Assembly: GCF_964204645.1 (NCBI RefSeq)
Contig: NC_134025.1
Span: 28,314,299 to 28,378,298 of the forward strand
DNA: 64,000 bases
Reading direction: 5' to 3'
From: Tubulanus polymorphus
Lineage: Eukaryota > Animalia > Nemertea
Shown: one piece after another, positions 1-14,100 of the stretch
Layout of the letters: each line of letters starts with the position of its first letter
Position numbering within the stretch: the first letter of the stretch is position 1
Translations under genes and position numbers: made by a program
The notes under the pieces: model-generated
What the model was told of the DNA's origin: nothing
The model's database searches: none
What the model saw: the letters and a program-made list of their open reading frames with translations, nothing else

Positions 1-87
1 CTAACAAGTTTATTTCAATTGTAAATACAGATCATTCTTTTTAAGAAGGAAACACTTAATTATCAACCGATCAAAAACAATACATAC

Positions 88-1391
88 TTGGAATATCCGG
101 AATTTTTCTGTATATACTTTTCAGGCAACCCGTCTTCTTCATCTTTTTGTTCGAGGGGTTCGACTATTATCGGTTTCGGACTGGTTCCCAGTAGGAATAC
201 TCCGTCGTTGATGCTGGTCATCGCTTTCTGCGCGCCGGGTTTCCGCGCGAACTCGACGATACCCTCACCGCTCGGACGCCCGCGGTCATCGACGATAACT
301 ATAGCCCGTTCTACTTGACCGAATTTCGAAAACGCCTCCTCCAGTAATTCGTTGCTGACGAAGGGTGAAATGTGACGCACTTTCAGCGCGGCTCCGTGAG
401 TCGCGAATCTCACTCGTAGAATTCGACTTTTACGAATCGTTCCGTCGAGTTGCATTTTCGCTTTCTCCGCGTTATGTCTCGTATCCTGGAAACAGTCGTT
501 AAATAAGATTATCGTTTGAAATAAGGAATATTGAACTGCTTATCTTAGCTATCACAAATTTCCCCAAATGATTTTTAGTTTTTTCGTAAAACTCCCCGAC
601 TTCTTTTAAGGAAAAGTAAATTTGCTGACTTTTCCCCGATATCCAGGTGGTCACCCTCTGATTAACTAACACTAACCCATTAAATCTATTTCTAATCCTG
701 AAATGTTACTCAAACCCTATTCATTTTCTACAATCCATTGTTGTCTTAAAGATTGATTATTTCTAATAATTATATGTATTGCCAAAACTGATGATGATTT
801 CAGAAAATAAATTACCAATCTGATAAATCCAAATCCTTTCTGTTTATTCAGATAAACTTCCGAGACGTCTCCAAATTCGAGAAACATCTTCTTGAAATCT
901 TCTTCCTCTAATTCCGGCGTAAGATTGCCGACGAACAATCGACATCTTCCCGTGAATTTCTTTTCTTCTTTCGGTTTATCTTCGACTAACATACTCGTCG
1001 TTTCACCGCGATCCATTCCACCGCCGCGATTATTATTGCCGTAAAAATCTCTCGAACCTCCGCCGGCTCCGTGGTTCCGATCTGTGTCATGATGGTCACC
1101 GCCTCGCTGCTGCTGGCCACCACCACCTTTTCGGTCGTGAAAATTACCTCGATTACCTCTGTAACCTCCTCCTCGACCTCCTCTTCTAACGCCGCCTCCT
1201 CGTTCGTTGCGACCCCCTCCTTTATTTAGATCGTTATTAGCTGGAAGGTTTATCCCTGCTGCAGGAGGGTTTGCTATCAACGGTGCATCAGAATCTTTTT
1301 TGGCTGGAGACTTGTTTGTATTTTTGGTTTTATCTTCACCTGCTGCATTTTCAGGTTTCCCTATAGCCGCTGTTCCATTTCCTGATGCCAT
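88..1391 (-). CDS. NONO: DBHS-family RNA-binding protein (NONO/SFPQ/PSPC1; nonA/hrp65-like); 5' two exons (1391-816, 485-88), gene runs off the left edge
   Basis: RGG-rich N-terminus, then RRM1 '[13 protein letters not shown]...KGFGFIRL|[15 protein letters not shown]', RRM2 '[57 protein letters not shown]' and the start of NOPS '[19 protein letters not shown]'. GT-AG boundaries keep the frame. Confidence 0.93.
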
Positions 1392-2140
1392 CTTCGATTA
1401 CAAGCGCTCTAAATATTGGCGTCAAGTTTCGTAATTTAGACGAAAATGCACTCAAAAAGCGTATAGAAAATCCGTGGATATGTTTTTAGTAACAATGGAG
1501 GATCGGAGTAGCCAGTGAGAGGGCGCCACAAGACGGTCATAGATCGAAAATTGAAACTTCTTGTTTAACGAACTGAAACGTCGGTCGAAAAACCTCAACT
1601 GGGTTCGAACCCGGGACACCCATTTATCCTTTATTCAGTTTTTGGACAATACAGAGTTCCATCTCATTTTAAGATATGCGTCTTACAAGTGAAATCACAT
1701 ATTTTCATCTTTCATGCCATGTACAACCAAACAACCAAAACAACCAAAATGCCACAACGACAAAAGACACAAATGATTAATTAAGTAAATATATAATTTA
1801 TTAAACTAAATATGGTAATTTCTTTACAAAACAACAATTTCGAAAAAAAGAATATTCTTCAATCTCTGATTAACAATTCAGTATATAAATGGACGGTATA
1901 ATCTCAGCGGAACTCTGTGGTGTCATGGAATCTATTTCTTGTTGCAAGGAAGAGAACATCAAGATTTTAATGTATACATATCTATCATAAAAAGAAAACT
2001 TTAAACTTACATATATCAAAACTCTTTAACATGGATTTCACTATCAATCCAACTGATAAGCAATTCACATCCAAAAATTAATTTTCTAAAAATATTTTCA
2101 CATCAGAAATCATTCATAATTCAGTTTATTTACAATTGAA

Positions 2141-5100
2141 TCAGTAAGGTCTACAGGTAGCGGATAAGCCTCTCAGAGACCAGCGAGTTGCCGGTATTCC
2201 GTCGTGTCTTAAATCAACTTCCATAATGACATCATTAGTATTATTACGAGTTGGAAACACGGGGCACGTATAAGTTTCGCTGACTCTTAAAATATCTTGC
2301 GAACCAGGTTTTTCGCTAGTCGGCCAACATGTAACGTGTATTACTGGTAATGTAGTGCACGTATGACGTGACGGAGCATCCTGCAGTTCACCGCTAGTTT
2401 TATCCCACGAACATCCCCAGATATATATACCGTATATAAACATGCCTTCAGGCGGAGGATCGCGCAACTGAAATATAGAAATACAAAATTTATTACAGTT
2501 TTCTTCGAAACCAGTTTAAATGAAAACGATGAAATGATTTTGAAATCGTAAGAAACTTACATGATCTTTATCGCGTGCGGTAAGTTCAGTTTGGAACACG
2601 CATGGCTCCATGTTTCCTGATCGATCAAAGTGATTGTAATGTTTATACGTGTCTTGTTTCAATAGAGCAAGGAGTCCTCTCGGATTAAAGAATGCTCCCA
2701 ACCAATAAGCTGGCATCTTTTCACGACCCTAAGACAACAATAACATATATATATATGATTTACATTCAGACTAGAGTTTAATCAAGAAATGACCTTTATA
2801 AATTGTCATCTTACCAGAGCGAGAATCTTCTCAAAATGCTGTGTTCTATTTGTAAGGTCGTTTAACCAATTGATGAGGCTAAAAGATTTTGGAGGTGCCG
2901 ATGGACCAGCCAGTTTTAGCCAGGATTGAGGAATTTGATTGTGATAAAGAGCATCTGCTGTTTCAACTAATTTTGGAGAAAGTTGATCTCCGAATACTGT
3001 CACTTCAACGGCAGCCTTGATTGCCTGAAATAAAGATTGAACAAAATTTTTGAATCAAGAAAAAAAAATTTGTGAGGGATGAACTTTGTTTAACGTCTAG
3101 AGTACCTGCAGAGAAGTCTTTATGTCAGTTAACAAAGTCATCATCATGTTGATCTCCCTCTGTATATAGATATTGAATGGAGTCAATCCACCGATCTTCT
3201 TGATGCGTTCAGTCAAATAATCCTAACGTAGACATTAACATAATCGTTACACATTGATTCAATTTACAAGAAAGATTGTAGATGATTCTAGTTTACTTAC
3301 TGAACTATAAATTCGTGGAACTTTCGGTATCAAATTATGACATATCTCCCATAGTTCGACATCTTTCTTCATTTTGATAACAGCGTGACTCGCAGATGCA
3401 AATACTCCGGTGTTACTGACATATGGATTTGTACTATTGATACTTAAAGTAGTTGCAGGAGTTCCTAAATACAATACATGAAATGAAGATTAACATTTAC
3501 TTCAGTTTGGTCAATATGTACAAGAGCCTTAACTACAACACTTACCATCAAAAGGTGTTGGAGGTCTTGGGAACAGTTGATGTGATAGTGTGTCCGATGA
3601 TGGCATGCAATCCAGCAATCTATTTAGTCGAGTAAAAACATATTGATCTACTGCTAATATTGTCTAAAATACAAACGATACCAGAGTCAGTCACTTCATC
3701 AAATACAATCGAAATAGACCAGCAGATACTATAAGAACTAACCTCTGAGCTTGGGTGTAAGTTACAAGCTTCTGGTGCTTCAAGGAGATGAATCGGAATA
3801 GACTCTAAAGCCCTAGTTATAGTACCAATAGTGGCATAAGAGCTAAAGAACACTGATGGATGTTTGTACTTCACTGAAATATGAAACAAAGAATTCGTTT
3901 ATATGATAGAATTACACATTATATTGATAAAAAATTAGAAATATGAATCAACAGACAACTTACATTTAGCCAGTTCAAATTCCTTTTTAACGGCAGTTGG
4001 AGATATCCAGTAGTCAACCATCGCTCCTAAACTCAACTGATCATAGACATCTGATATAGAGTTTCCATATAACATCTGCATTGACAAAACAACATTGAGG
4101 AAATAAAATTTACAAAAAGCATTGTGGGATACAGGATCGAAATTGTTAGATTGAACATAGTTTGTGATATATACCTCAGCTAACATGAATCTCATTCCAG
4201 CCCAGGACGGATTCCTGGCAGTCAAACTTCCATCAGCTGAAACTGCAGTAATGCTATCTTTGAACTCTGAGTATGCGACCTTAATTGCTTCCTATTCAAA
4301 TGAAATGAAACGGAAAATGTTATATCTCTGATGGGGAAAGATTACTGCAAGGCAACAAAATCTAGATTTTTTCTTACATGAAGCTGTGTATCATTGATAT
4401 GCTTGAAATCATCTGGAACATTCCACCCTCCACGACCAAATCTACTCCTTAGTTTTATAGCACCGTGCAGATAACATAGATTATGCAGTAGTGGAGTCCA
4501 TTCCGGACGATTGCTGATTTTCAAAAGTTCTGTATCGGCATTACTGAAGAATCTTACGAGATTATCCTTCATTATCTAAAGGAAGAAAGAGAACAAATGT
4601 ATATATTTTGAGTTTCGTATGAAATTTTAAAAGGTTACACATTGTATATTACAAAATTACCTTTGGTGGATCAATAACTAATTTCACTGATGACTGAAGG
4701 AGTTGAGTTGGTAAAGGAATTGATCCTTGTAATGAAACCCAACAGCGGAATTGTTGGTTGACCTGGTCATTTTCATTCAAAATACTCTGCAAACCATTGA
4801 GTAAATGCGGAGAATTGTGCGCATCTTGCAGGAAAATCCATTCACCCTAAAAAACATCAAAACCAAATATATCATCAGAGATGAAATACTTTTTACTCTC
4901 TACAAAAATATGAAATGCATGTGGGGTACTTACATTTTCCATTGCTCTAGATATAACCTTCTTTACATGTCTCTCTTTCACTGAGCTTCCATCATTTATT
5001 GGAATGATTTCAAATCCATTCCCTTGCTTCCCGGCAAATTCTTTAAAAAGTTCACCAGTATTTGTTTCTGTCATAGTGATGAGAGCTATTGGAATATTCG

Positions 5101-8100
5101 GGGTACTCTGACGAATAAGCATTCCGAAGTCCACACCAATATCAGCTGTATATCTGAAATAATGACAAATAAAACATTGATCCTTTATATTTCTGCTACT
5201 CTTGTCTTCTATGACACATAAATCGATGGTAGACCATGAACTCACTTCTTTCCTAACACAGAATTGATAAATATTGTCGTTGCTTGCATCAATCTATCAT
5301 TTCTCACTGCTCTGAGTATCAGGAACCGTTGAAGGGGTGCGAAAGTGTCATCCATTTTATCGGGTAGCGGAACCAGTTCTGGGAAATCATTTTCGCACAA
5401 ATTTCTCCATTGCGTTTCGCGACCATCTCGAGGCATTCGGTCAAACATGTCCTGGAACCACGGGAAATGAATCGCCAACAACTGTAGATTAGCGAACTGA
5501 TCATCAAGCATCCAATCAAACGCTTTCTTAGCATTAGCAATTTTAGGATCAGTCGGTTGCGCTGACTGGCCTGCCATGACAGCGGCACCAAATGTAGGCG
5601 AGACAAGAAATTCACGTTCTCCAATTCCAACACGCCCCAAAGAATCCTCGACCTGAAATTCAATAATTTAATGAAAACAAGGGAAATTGTTTTAATGATA
5701 GTGAAAACAACTTGATGAATTCAAAACATACTTCAGTTGCGAGAAGCAGTGTGTAAATAATACGATCTTGTTCTAATAAAGATCTGGCTGTTGTTACGTA
5801 TGACGTCCAAGTAAGTCTTTCAATGACTGCTTTCATAGATGTTCTGAAAAATAGATACAAATGGAGATTCAACAAATTCGACCACCGTATAAACTAACCA
5901 GAAGTATTTTTGATGTGTATTATGTGATTTACCTGTCCGAATGATTGATAGCAGTATCATAAACACTGAGGAACTGATTAAATGACGTCTGATATAGAGG
6001 ATTGATTTCACACATATACTGACTCGTATCAAACAGTACAGCAGCTCGTTTAGAGATTAATCTGAATCCTTCTCTCGCTTTCAATATCGTACTAATAGCA
6101 GATACAGTTCTAGATTTACTGAAATTTGAAATACATGATATACAATATATGTTATCCAGTTCAAATGCATTCCATTAGCCAAAGTATTATCTGAATGGGA
6201 GGGTCTTAAGATGCGTCGTGAACTCGTCTAAATCCATAGATTGGTAGCGACAGAGATTTGTGGGATGCATATTGATAAACTCTTGATCCAAATGATAGCC
6301 TCACCTTTCAATAGATTCATCATAATGCTTTTTCAAGTCTGCAAGTTTTTTAGTCGTCGATAAATCATTCATGAGACGAATATCACTTCCTAAACACGTT
6401 ACCATTTCATCATCTATCTTTTTCAGGACTTCCATATGTCCCAAATATTCCTAAGAGAAATATGACGATAAAACTGAATGAACTGTTTGAATGGACACCG
6501 ATTAGTTTAATAATCAAGCAGTAATTTCTACCTCGTTTAGAATCGTCTCCTCTTCTTTCAGACGAGTTTTCTCTTTCTTCATGAATCGATCGAGAAGCTC
6601 TTCCTCGATACAACTGCGAGACAGATTGAAACGGATGACGTTGACGTACGCGCAGAGAATGTGCGGAATCAGATGAGGCTCGGTAGATGTGTGTATAAAC
6701 AGACGGAATGAAGGCTGACATTCAACTTCATGATCACCAACCTAAAAATACAGTAAATCTATTAGAATGACGGATGATTTACAGTGAGTTTCTGATGTAC
6801 AAATAAACATCATAAATATCGTAGTTACCATGATTTTGAAAGGTTGTGAACCATTCAAAAATGCTTCTTTCTTGTTTAAAACGACTCTGAACCTTTGATC
6901 AACGCTCAGCTCATCACAGTTACAATCGGTAATCAATAATGGTTGACCATCAGACAATGATGTTTCGAGCTGCGATCTCAGATCCTGAAAAAGATAGTTC
7001 ATACTCCATGAAGCACATCGAACACAGTTAAATAGAACGAAATATCATATTATATGAATATCAATGAAGATAAAGACTTACATGGTACCGAACAACGACT
7101 AAATTACTGGATTTTAGATAAAACTTCATCCAGTCAATTATACGACTTGTAGTATCACAAATCAGTGGCCAAGCATTTATACTCTGTTCCTGCATCACTA
7201 AACTAGCATTCTCTAGCATCAGAGGAGTCTTAGGAAGCTCCAATAAATCGAGCTTCTTAATCTCGATCTGTAATGAATATCAAAAGCAAGCCATATTTGA
7301 GATGAAGCTGTTGGTAAAATGTTGGAAATCTCATTACAGAGAAAATTTTTCAACATACCGGCGTGTACAAGAAATCAATAAGTTGTGTATTCCTGAATAA
7401 CTGTTTTGGGTTGAGTTTGATTCCGTGATGTTCACAGGCATACATGAAAAACTCACCAAGTCGCTTTCTGAAATCATATCAGATACGGGTAATCGATGAG
7501 ATTTGAGACTTGAAAGTTAGTTTGTAATACAGCCATTGACTATTATGTTTACCTAGTATCAGTAGCCATACTTCCACAGTACACGAGGAATGCAGCTGCT
7601 GTGATACTGTTTGCCAACAAGGTTTCATCAGTTTCATATTCTTCGACAAACTTCTGCCACAGTTCTTCTTGCGTTTTCAGGCTAGAGAATTGAAATAAAA
7701 ACGATAATTTCTCTGATAATTATAAAAGACCATCAACTCTTTCATGCTCAAGGCTTACTTTTCGATCATATCGGTTGTTGCTTTAAGGCGTTCTTTCATC
7801 GCTAACAGTTGCATGTCATATGAATGTTTTTCAACAACCGATTCGTCATATTTAGCTTGGAGTTCATCAACTAGTTTTTGAATCTTTTCCAAATCGTCTT
7901 GGGTATAATCATCCATTCGTTCCTCTCTGGCTGCGTCATCTTGATCTTGTGTGTCCTGTAGCTGAAACAGTACATAAAATATGCATCAGTTATGCTATCA
8001 AGAGAGGCTTATAGCGGTAGATTAAATGACAAATCAAATGGGAAGCTTATTATGAACTAACACATTGTCTAGTTGAAAAGAAAAGAGCTATTATGAAACT

Positions 8101-11100
8101 AAACTAAACGTGTTCTAACTACATTCTAGGCATGCACGTAACTTGGTAAAGTTGTGTGAAGTAAATTGGACAGTAATATTAGTTCATAGTAACAAAAGGA
8201 ACGTGTTAAAATAATTTTTGTTAAAATGCACAAGTATAGAGACTTTTTAACAAACATACAGGAATTAGAGGAGATTTTTACTAAAGGGACAGCTTTGTAA
8301 TAAAATAAAAATTGGTAAATTCAGGCATTTGTTATGATCTATATATACATTGTAAAATATCATACTTTTGCCTCAAATTCTTCATCTTTCTTATGTTGCT
8401 GTAAACAGGAACAATATTATGATGTATGTAAGTGTACCTGTGCTAATGAATAGTTTGTAGCAAAGAGATTAACAGAAAAAATTGAATGTGTTCTCTAAAT
8501 GGATGTTCTAGTAAGCGCAGCTTCAGGAAATCACTACTCAAAGAGTGTTCAAGTGTGTGAATTACATGTGTAGAAATTGACTTGAAGAATATGATTTCTA
8601 ATTCCAACTAAAAGCTTTCATCCCTTGTCTGAGAAAGATCATCAAAAATCCATATAGAGCATTTACGGAAATAAAATATTCACAGCAATTTATAAACTCA
8701 AAGAACATCTCTCTCAATCAATGACTCACCTTAGCTTCTTTTTCTTGTTGTTTCCTTTCATTTTCTTCGATTTCTCGTTCAAGTTCATGTTGTTTTTCAA
8801 GCGCTGCTTTCAGAGGCTGACAATACTTCGTGTATTCCACGATGGCTATAGTATATTGAACGAGAGTAGCGGCATCTTCACTAGCGAACCTAGCAGCAGC
8901 TAATGTTATACCTCTCGTATTGTCAGGTGAAGGTGTTCGTCGCGTTGGCGGAAATGGTCGGTTGTCTAAAAAGCAGGTTTAAGTTTTATATATGAATATA
9001 AGGTAAATAAAACTAAAAAGTTTTCGGAGTTTATGATGATATTGCTACCTGGTGCATTTTCTAAAAGAGTTCCTTCTCCAGTGATGCCTAACTGACCATC
9101 TCGACCTTTAGCCAGGAACGATTCAACCGATTTAGAAACATCGGTCTTTAAACCATCTTCCCATTGAACGTTGTGTAACATATCGACAAACTTTGTTGTA
9201 TCATTCATCGCTTGCGTAATGGCTTTCCACTGAGCTCGATCAACACGTTCATTCAGGCTCTTTTCTTTAGAAGAGGCTGAAAAATTGAAATATCCACTCG
9301 TGTATTCATCTATCTTATATCAATGTTACTCTACTGGGGTACTGCTAGGTTGTCAGATTCGTGTGCAGTGTGGAAATTCAATAGCCTTTGGTGTGGGGAG
9401 TGGATAAGCATTAAAATAAGCGAACACACATTATTTTCTTACAATATACATGTTCAAAACAAATTCAAGAATGATTCTCATTTAATAGTTTTGTTATAAT
9501 TTGCATGCAAGGAAGGATGTTAGTAAGTTACTTACGCATTTTAACTGATTTAAGTTTTGCACTCGCTTCACTACCTGACAGTCGACTGCTGCTTTCATCA
9601 CGAGGATAGTTTATAGAAGCCGATGAATCTTTAGTGTCGGGTCTGTGCGAGTTTGGAACGCGCTTCCCAATCAGTGTCATAACCATTTCCATGACTTGTC
9701 CGACTAGTAACGGCGGGCTTCCGAATGCCTTTAAACGTTCGATGCAACCGCGATCAACTTTACCGCGCCATAGATTCACCTGAATTATCATAGAATATTT
9801 GCTGTATTCATCGATATCTATTCAAAACTATTAAGTGTTGAGTGTAAGTCGTACCTGTTTTCGTGCGCCCTCGAGCTCGTGACGACAATGTTCAACTTGT
9901 TTAATCGAAGCCATCAGTTCCTCTTTAGCTTTCACGTGTCTGTTACGCATGTTTTCCTCTCGTAAACGATCAAACTCTTTGTCATATTCATCATAATCAT
10001 CTATGAGGAATATTATCGAAAAATTCAGGAATATGAAAATTACAGAGATAGGAATGTAATTTGAACCCACATTATGATTTCTTCTGATAAAGTCAATATG
10101 TTATGAACAATTCACCTTGTTTTAGAAGATCATCTTCTTCTTCGTCGTCAGAAGACATTTCATTAAGCTGCAGGAAAGCACTAAGAGCATTACTTTCGCC
10201 GACTTCTGCCTTCAATTTTTCGAGTATCGTCACTTTCGTCGTTAGTTCTCTCAGAATTTGTGCCGTGTTAGATTTAGCTTCGTCATATTTTCCTATGATG
10301 TGTTTGATGGCTTGACGCATCGTCTTCGCATCAGTTCGACTCTGAGCCAGAGCAGCTAAGACTTTTCTACGAGATTCAAGAGAAATTTCTAGCAAGTGTC
10401 TTTTTAGAAAGCTGGATGGAGTTTTGAAATTGTAACTTACTTCAACTTTTCTACAGTTTCAGTTCGTTCAATCGATTTCTTGTTGTAAATATGATAGAAT
10501 GTATTCATGAACCGACGATAGGTCAATGGACCGACAAAAACTTCATTCTTTCCGAGGCCACTAGCCAGTCTATGCTTTTGTCTGAAAAATGATCAAATAA
10601 TCGACTAATTAAAACAAATTGCTGAATCTAAATCTCTCAAAAATAACATACCAATCTCAACTTACTTAATATTTTCCAGTACCATTGTCTTAGAGTATGG
10701 TAGGTTTGGTACTTTGATCGATGTTGATTTGATCAGATCTTTACGTTTATCTTGAACGCGTATATTTGTCATCATGATCTCTTCACTTGCGTCACCGGCC
10801 CACGGTATTTGTTTACTCTCGGTCAGGATGAAATTGTGAATATTTGCCATACAGTTGATCACACTTTCGCTGTTAAGAATATGAATATCACTGTATAATG
10901 ATGGTTTCTTTTTTCTAACAAATATTTTCTCTGAATATGTTATTATACCGCAGCTTACCCAATTTCACTATCAACGAAAGCAAACTGTTTTTGAGCGGTG
11001 AAAAAAGAGGCTTCTTTGAGTAAGGCTTCCTGTGGCCAATCGCAAACCCAATCAACTTGACATCCACTCAGCAATCCTGGATATTCACTACAAATATCAA

Positions 11101-14100
11101 ATCACGAAGTCTTATGATGTGGCCAGATATTTTTCAATATAAACATGTAAGAGAAGTTTTTTTGAAAACAACTATTACCTGGCAGCGCTATACACAAGAT
11201 GATGTCGAGGAGGAAGGCAAATAATTATATGCAAATTACTTTTCACTCTTGAAACGAAGAACTTCATCGGATCTGCGAGAAGAGCAGGATTCTCACGCTT
11301 CAGAGCTGGATAAAGTGCCTGTAGTAAACCATCCATTTCATCATTAGAAAATAGATGTAGATATTCTCCAGCGACTAGAATACTGTTTATAGCATCCAAA
11401 TACGAGTCATCTTGTAAATCACGTGCCTGAAATTAGAAACGAATTGGCAACATTAATTCAATCCTGTTCATATTCCACTACAGATAGAAAGAACAACTAC
11501 AACTGTATATTGTATGTAATGGGCTTACTGTGAAGAGAAGTGATAAGACTTTTCCCTCTGAACCGCTCATTCTAACTGCAGATCGTAAACCATCGAAGAA
11601 CGTATTCGGTTTACTACTATCGATAGGTAGAATGGGAATATCTGCGACATGAAGAGCCAGTTTACACAGCGTCGCCAGACGAAATCCAATAGCACTGATC
11701 AGCAATGCATTACCGCTGAAAATACCACAAAATAGCCGCTGAATCAAGCGATTAATGTAAGAAAATCCACTTCATAAAGATTTTCTAGTTACTTGATCCT
11801 TGACTTACCCGTGATGCAGACTTAGAATGCGATGCAACCTAACAAGATGAACTATCACTAATTCAGAGAGTGAAATCTCCAGTTGTACATTTCCAAGTTC
11901 TTCGTTATAACGTGTTTTCTGAGCTTGTAAACACGTGAACAAATCTGCATATTTTTCAATAGGCTGTAAGGCAACTTTGACTTGTTTTTGCCCAGTAACT
12001 GAAGTCATCGGTCTCTGATACACACGCATATCAATTGGGAATGTAACAAAGTTTTCGTGAAGGGATCCTTCTTCCAGATTTGGCCAGAACTGAAAAACAA
12101 GATTTCATTAGATTCACCACAGCACAAGGAAGGACATGTATCAGGCAGATATTGTTCTTATTTGTAAGTAAATTACCTCTTCAACGATTTCAGTTACTTT
12201 ATTTTTGAACCAGCTCACATCTGAAGTTCTACAAATTCTATCCCCGATGATTCGTTCCATTTCGTGTTTCCACAAAGAGAGAACCATTATTTCATCCGCT
12301 CGACTTTCATCTGGCATTCTCTTTAAACACTGTTAAACGATAGAAATACCAGGTGAAAAAAAGGTTGTTTCTATTGAGTTGAACCAACCGATTCAAACAG
12401 TTTTAATTACCTGGAAGCATTTCGTAACCTCCCTCAATGTAAACAGATAATGCTGTCTGCCAGGCATATTTGTCATTCGTAATACAGACTGTACATCAGT
12501 GAGCAGTTTACAAGATGCACCAGAAATAGCGTTCTGTAAATCGATGTCTAAACCTGGTTGTTCGTTCTGTAACATATTGGCTTCCAATATTCCGCTAACT
12601 ATATTCTTCAAAGGTTCATCTTTTGGCATTCGAGTGCGAAGTACAACAAAATGACGCTGTAAGAGTGAAAACATGGCTGAGTTTGAAACATCTTTCAATA
12701 GCCTTTATACAGCCCCCGGCTTGGAGATGTCCTTTTCTCAAATCACCAGACGATGATCTCTAGGGTGAGATCGAAACGTCGTGTCTTTTAAATATTTTAG
12801 ATTTAATAAATAAATTCTGGTTTTTAAATTCTTTTAATCTGTAAATTGTGGGATTTTATCTGTATTTATGTGTGTATATTAATTATTTGTAATCAGAGAG
12901 AATAAAGCATTCATTCATTCATTCATTCATTATTCAACCCCCTAAGCCTCCAACTTACCATTAACCTAGAACTGAGAAGCCGGTTTACTACACTGGGTGT
13001 TTCACTGAATGACATAGCTGCGAGAATAACTAAATCTTCCACAGAACGCCATTCAAACGGTTTCTGCTGCGTGCACAAGACTTTATCATCGAGTAGTTGT
13101 CTTAACAACTGAAAAAAAAAAACAATTTCACATTCTCTTCATACTGCCTTACTTCATTTTAAAGGATGAATTGAGTTGAACAAAGAAATCAAACTAACCT
13201 CATTACATTTCTGCACACCGTACTGATCAGGAACTGGTAGATTCAAGTCATCGATGAACAATTGTAACCTCTTGTTGTCTTTAGCGCCATAAACAAATCC
13301 TAGAATAAAATTCAAGTGATTAGATGACCTTTTCCTCACAATCCTGTTAAATGCTTAAATGTCTATTTCAAATATACCTTGTCTGTGATAGATATTTGAT
13401 TCTATGAATTGATGGAGTTGTTTAGCGGTTGATGCTCCGCTGTAAACTAATTTTTTGCTCACTCGGGTTTGAGAATCTACAAAAAATTACGATTAAATTA
13501 CTAGAAAATTCCCAAAAATAGAGCAATACCCGGTATATGCAGTATTAATACGGTGCTTACCTTGACCATTGATGAAGTCATTGACTATGACAGTTTTACC
13601 AGATCCAGGAGGTCCCACTAGTAGAACGTTTTGACCAGAAGCTACAGCGAAATCCATCAACACTCGAGTTCGGATCTGAAATCATAGGAATGATTCACAG
13701 TATTCTTGCTCAGTTAGAAGAAGTCTGTAGTAAAATGAATGTCTCACATACCGTATCAACTGTATCAATAACTATCTCTCCTAATTCATCCTGATTATCA
13801 GAATAAACTGCTTCAGGTACCCTGAAATCGAAAGAAAATCATGCTCTTCAAAGACTGTAATTTATAGTGAGGTATGACTAAAAACTTTTCTGAGCTTTCT
13901 ATGTACCTCGACTGCCAGGGGTCCCATTCTCCAGATTCGTCGACGTAGTAATCAAACACACAGATATCTCGATCGTCATCGGGTAACCTGCAAAATCATA
14001 GACAATCATCGTTCATACTTTCAAGCAAACTGTGTTATGAATCCGGGATTTTCCAGCCAAATTTTGAAGTTACTCACGCTGATGACAATGTCTTCAATAA

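Noticed and set aside
560-660. Possible decayed DNA-transposon end (CAGGTGGTCACCCT) in NONO intron 1
   Set aside because: No partner inverted repeat or second copy seen.
1601-1612. tRNA gene around GGGTTCGAACCC
   Set aside because: No properly spaced A-box, D-arm or anticodon arm; a cloverleaf cannot be built on either strand.
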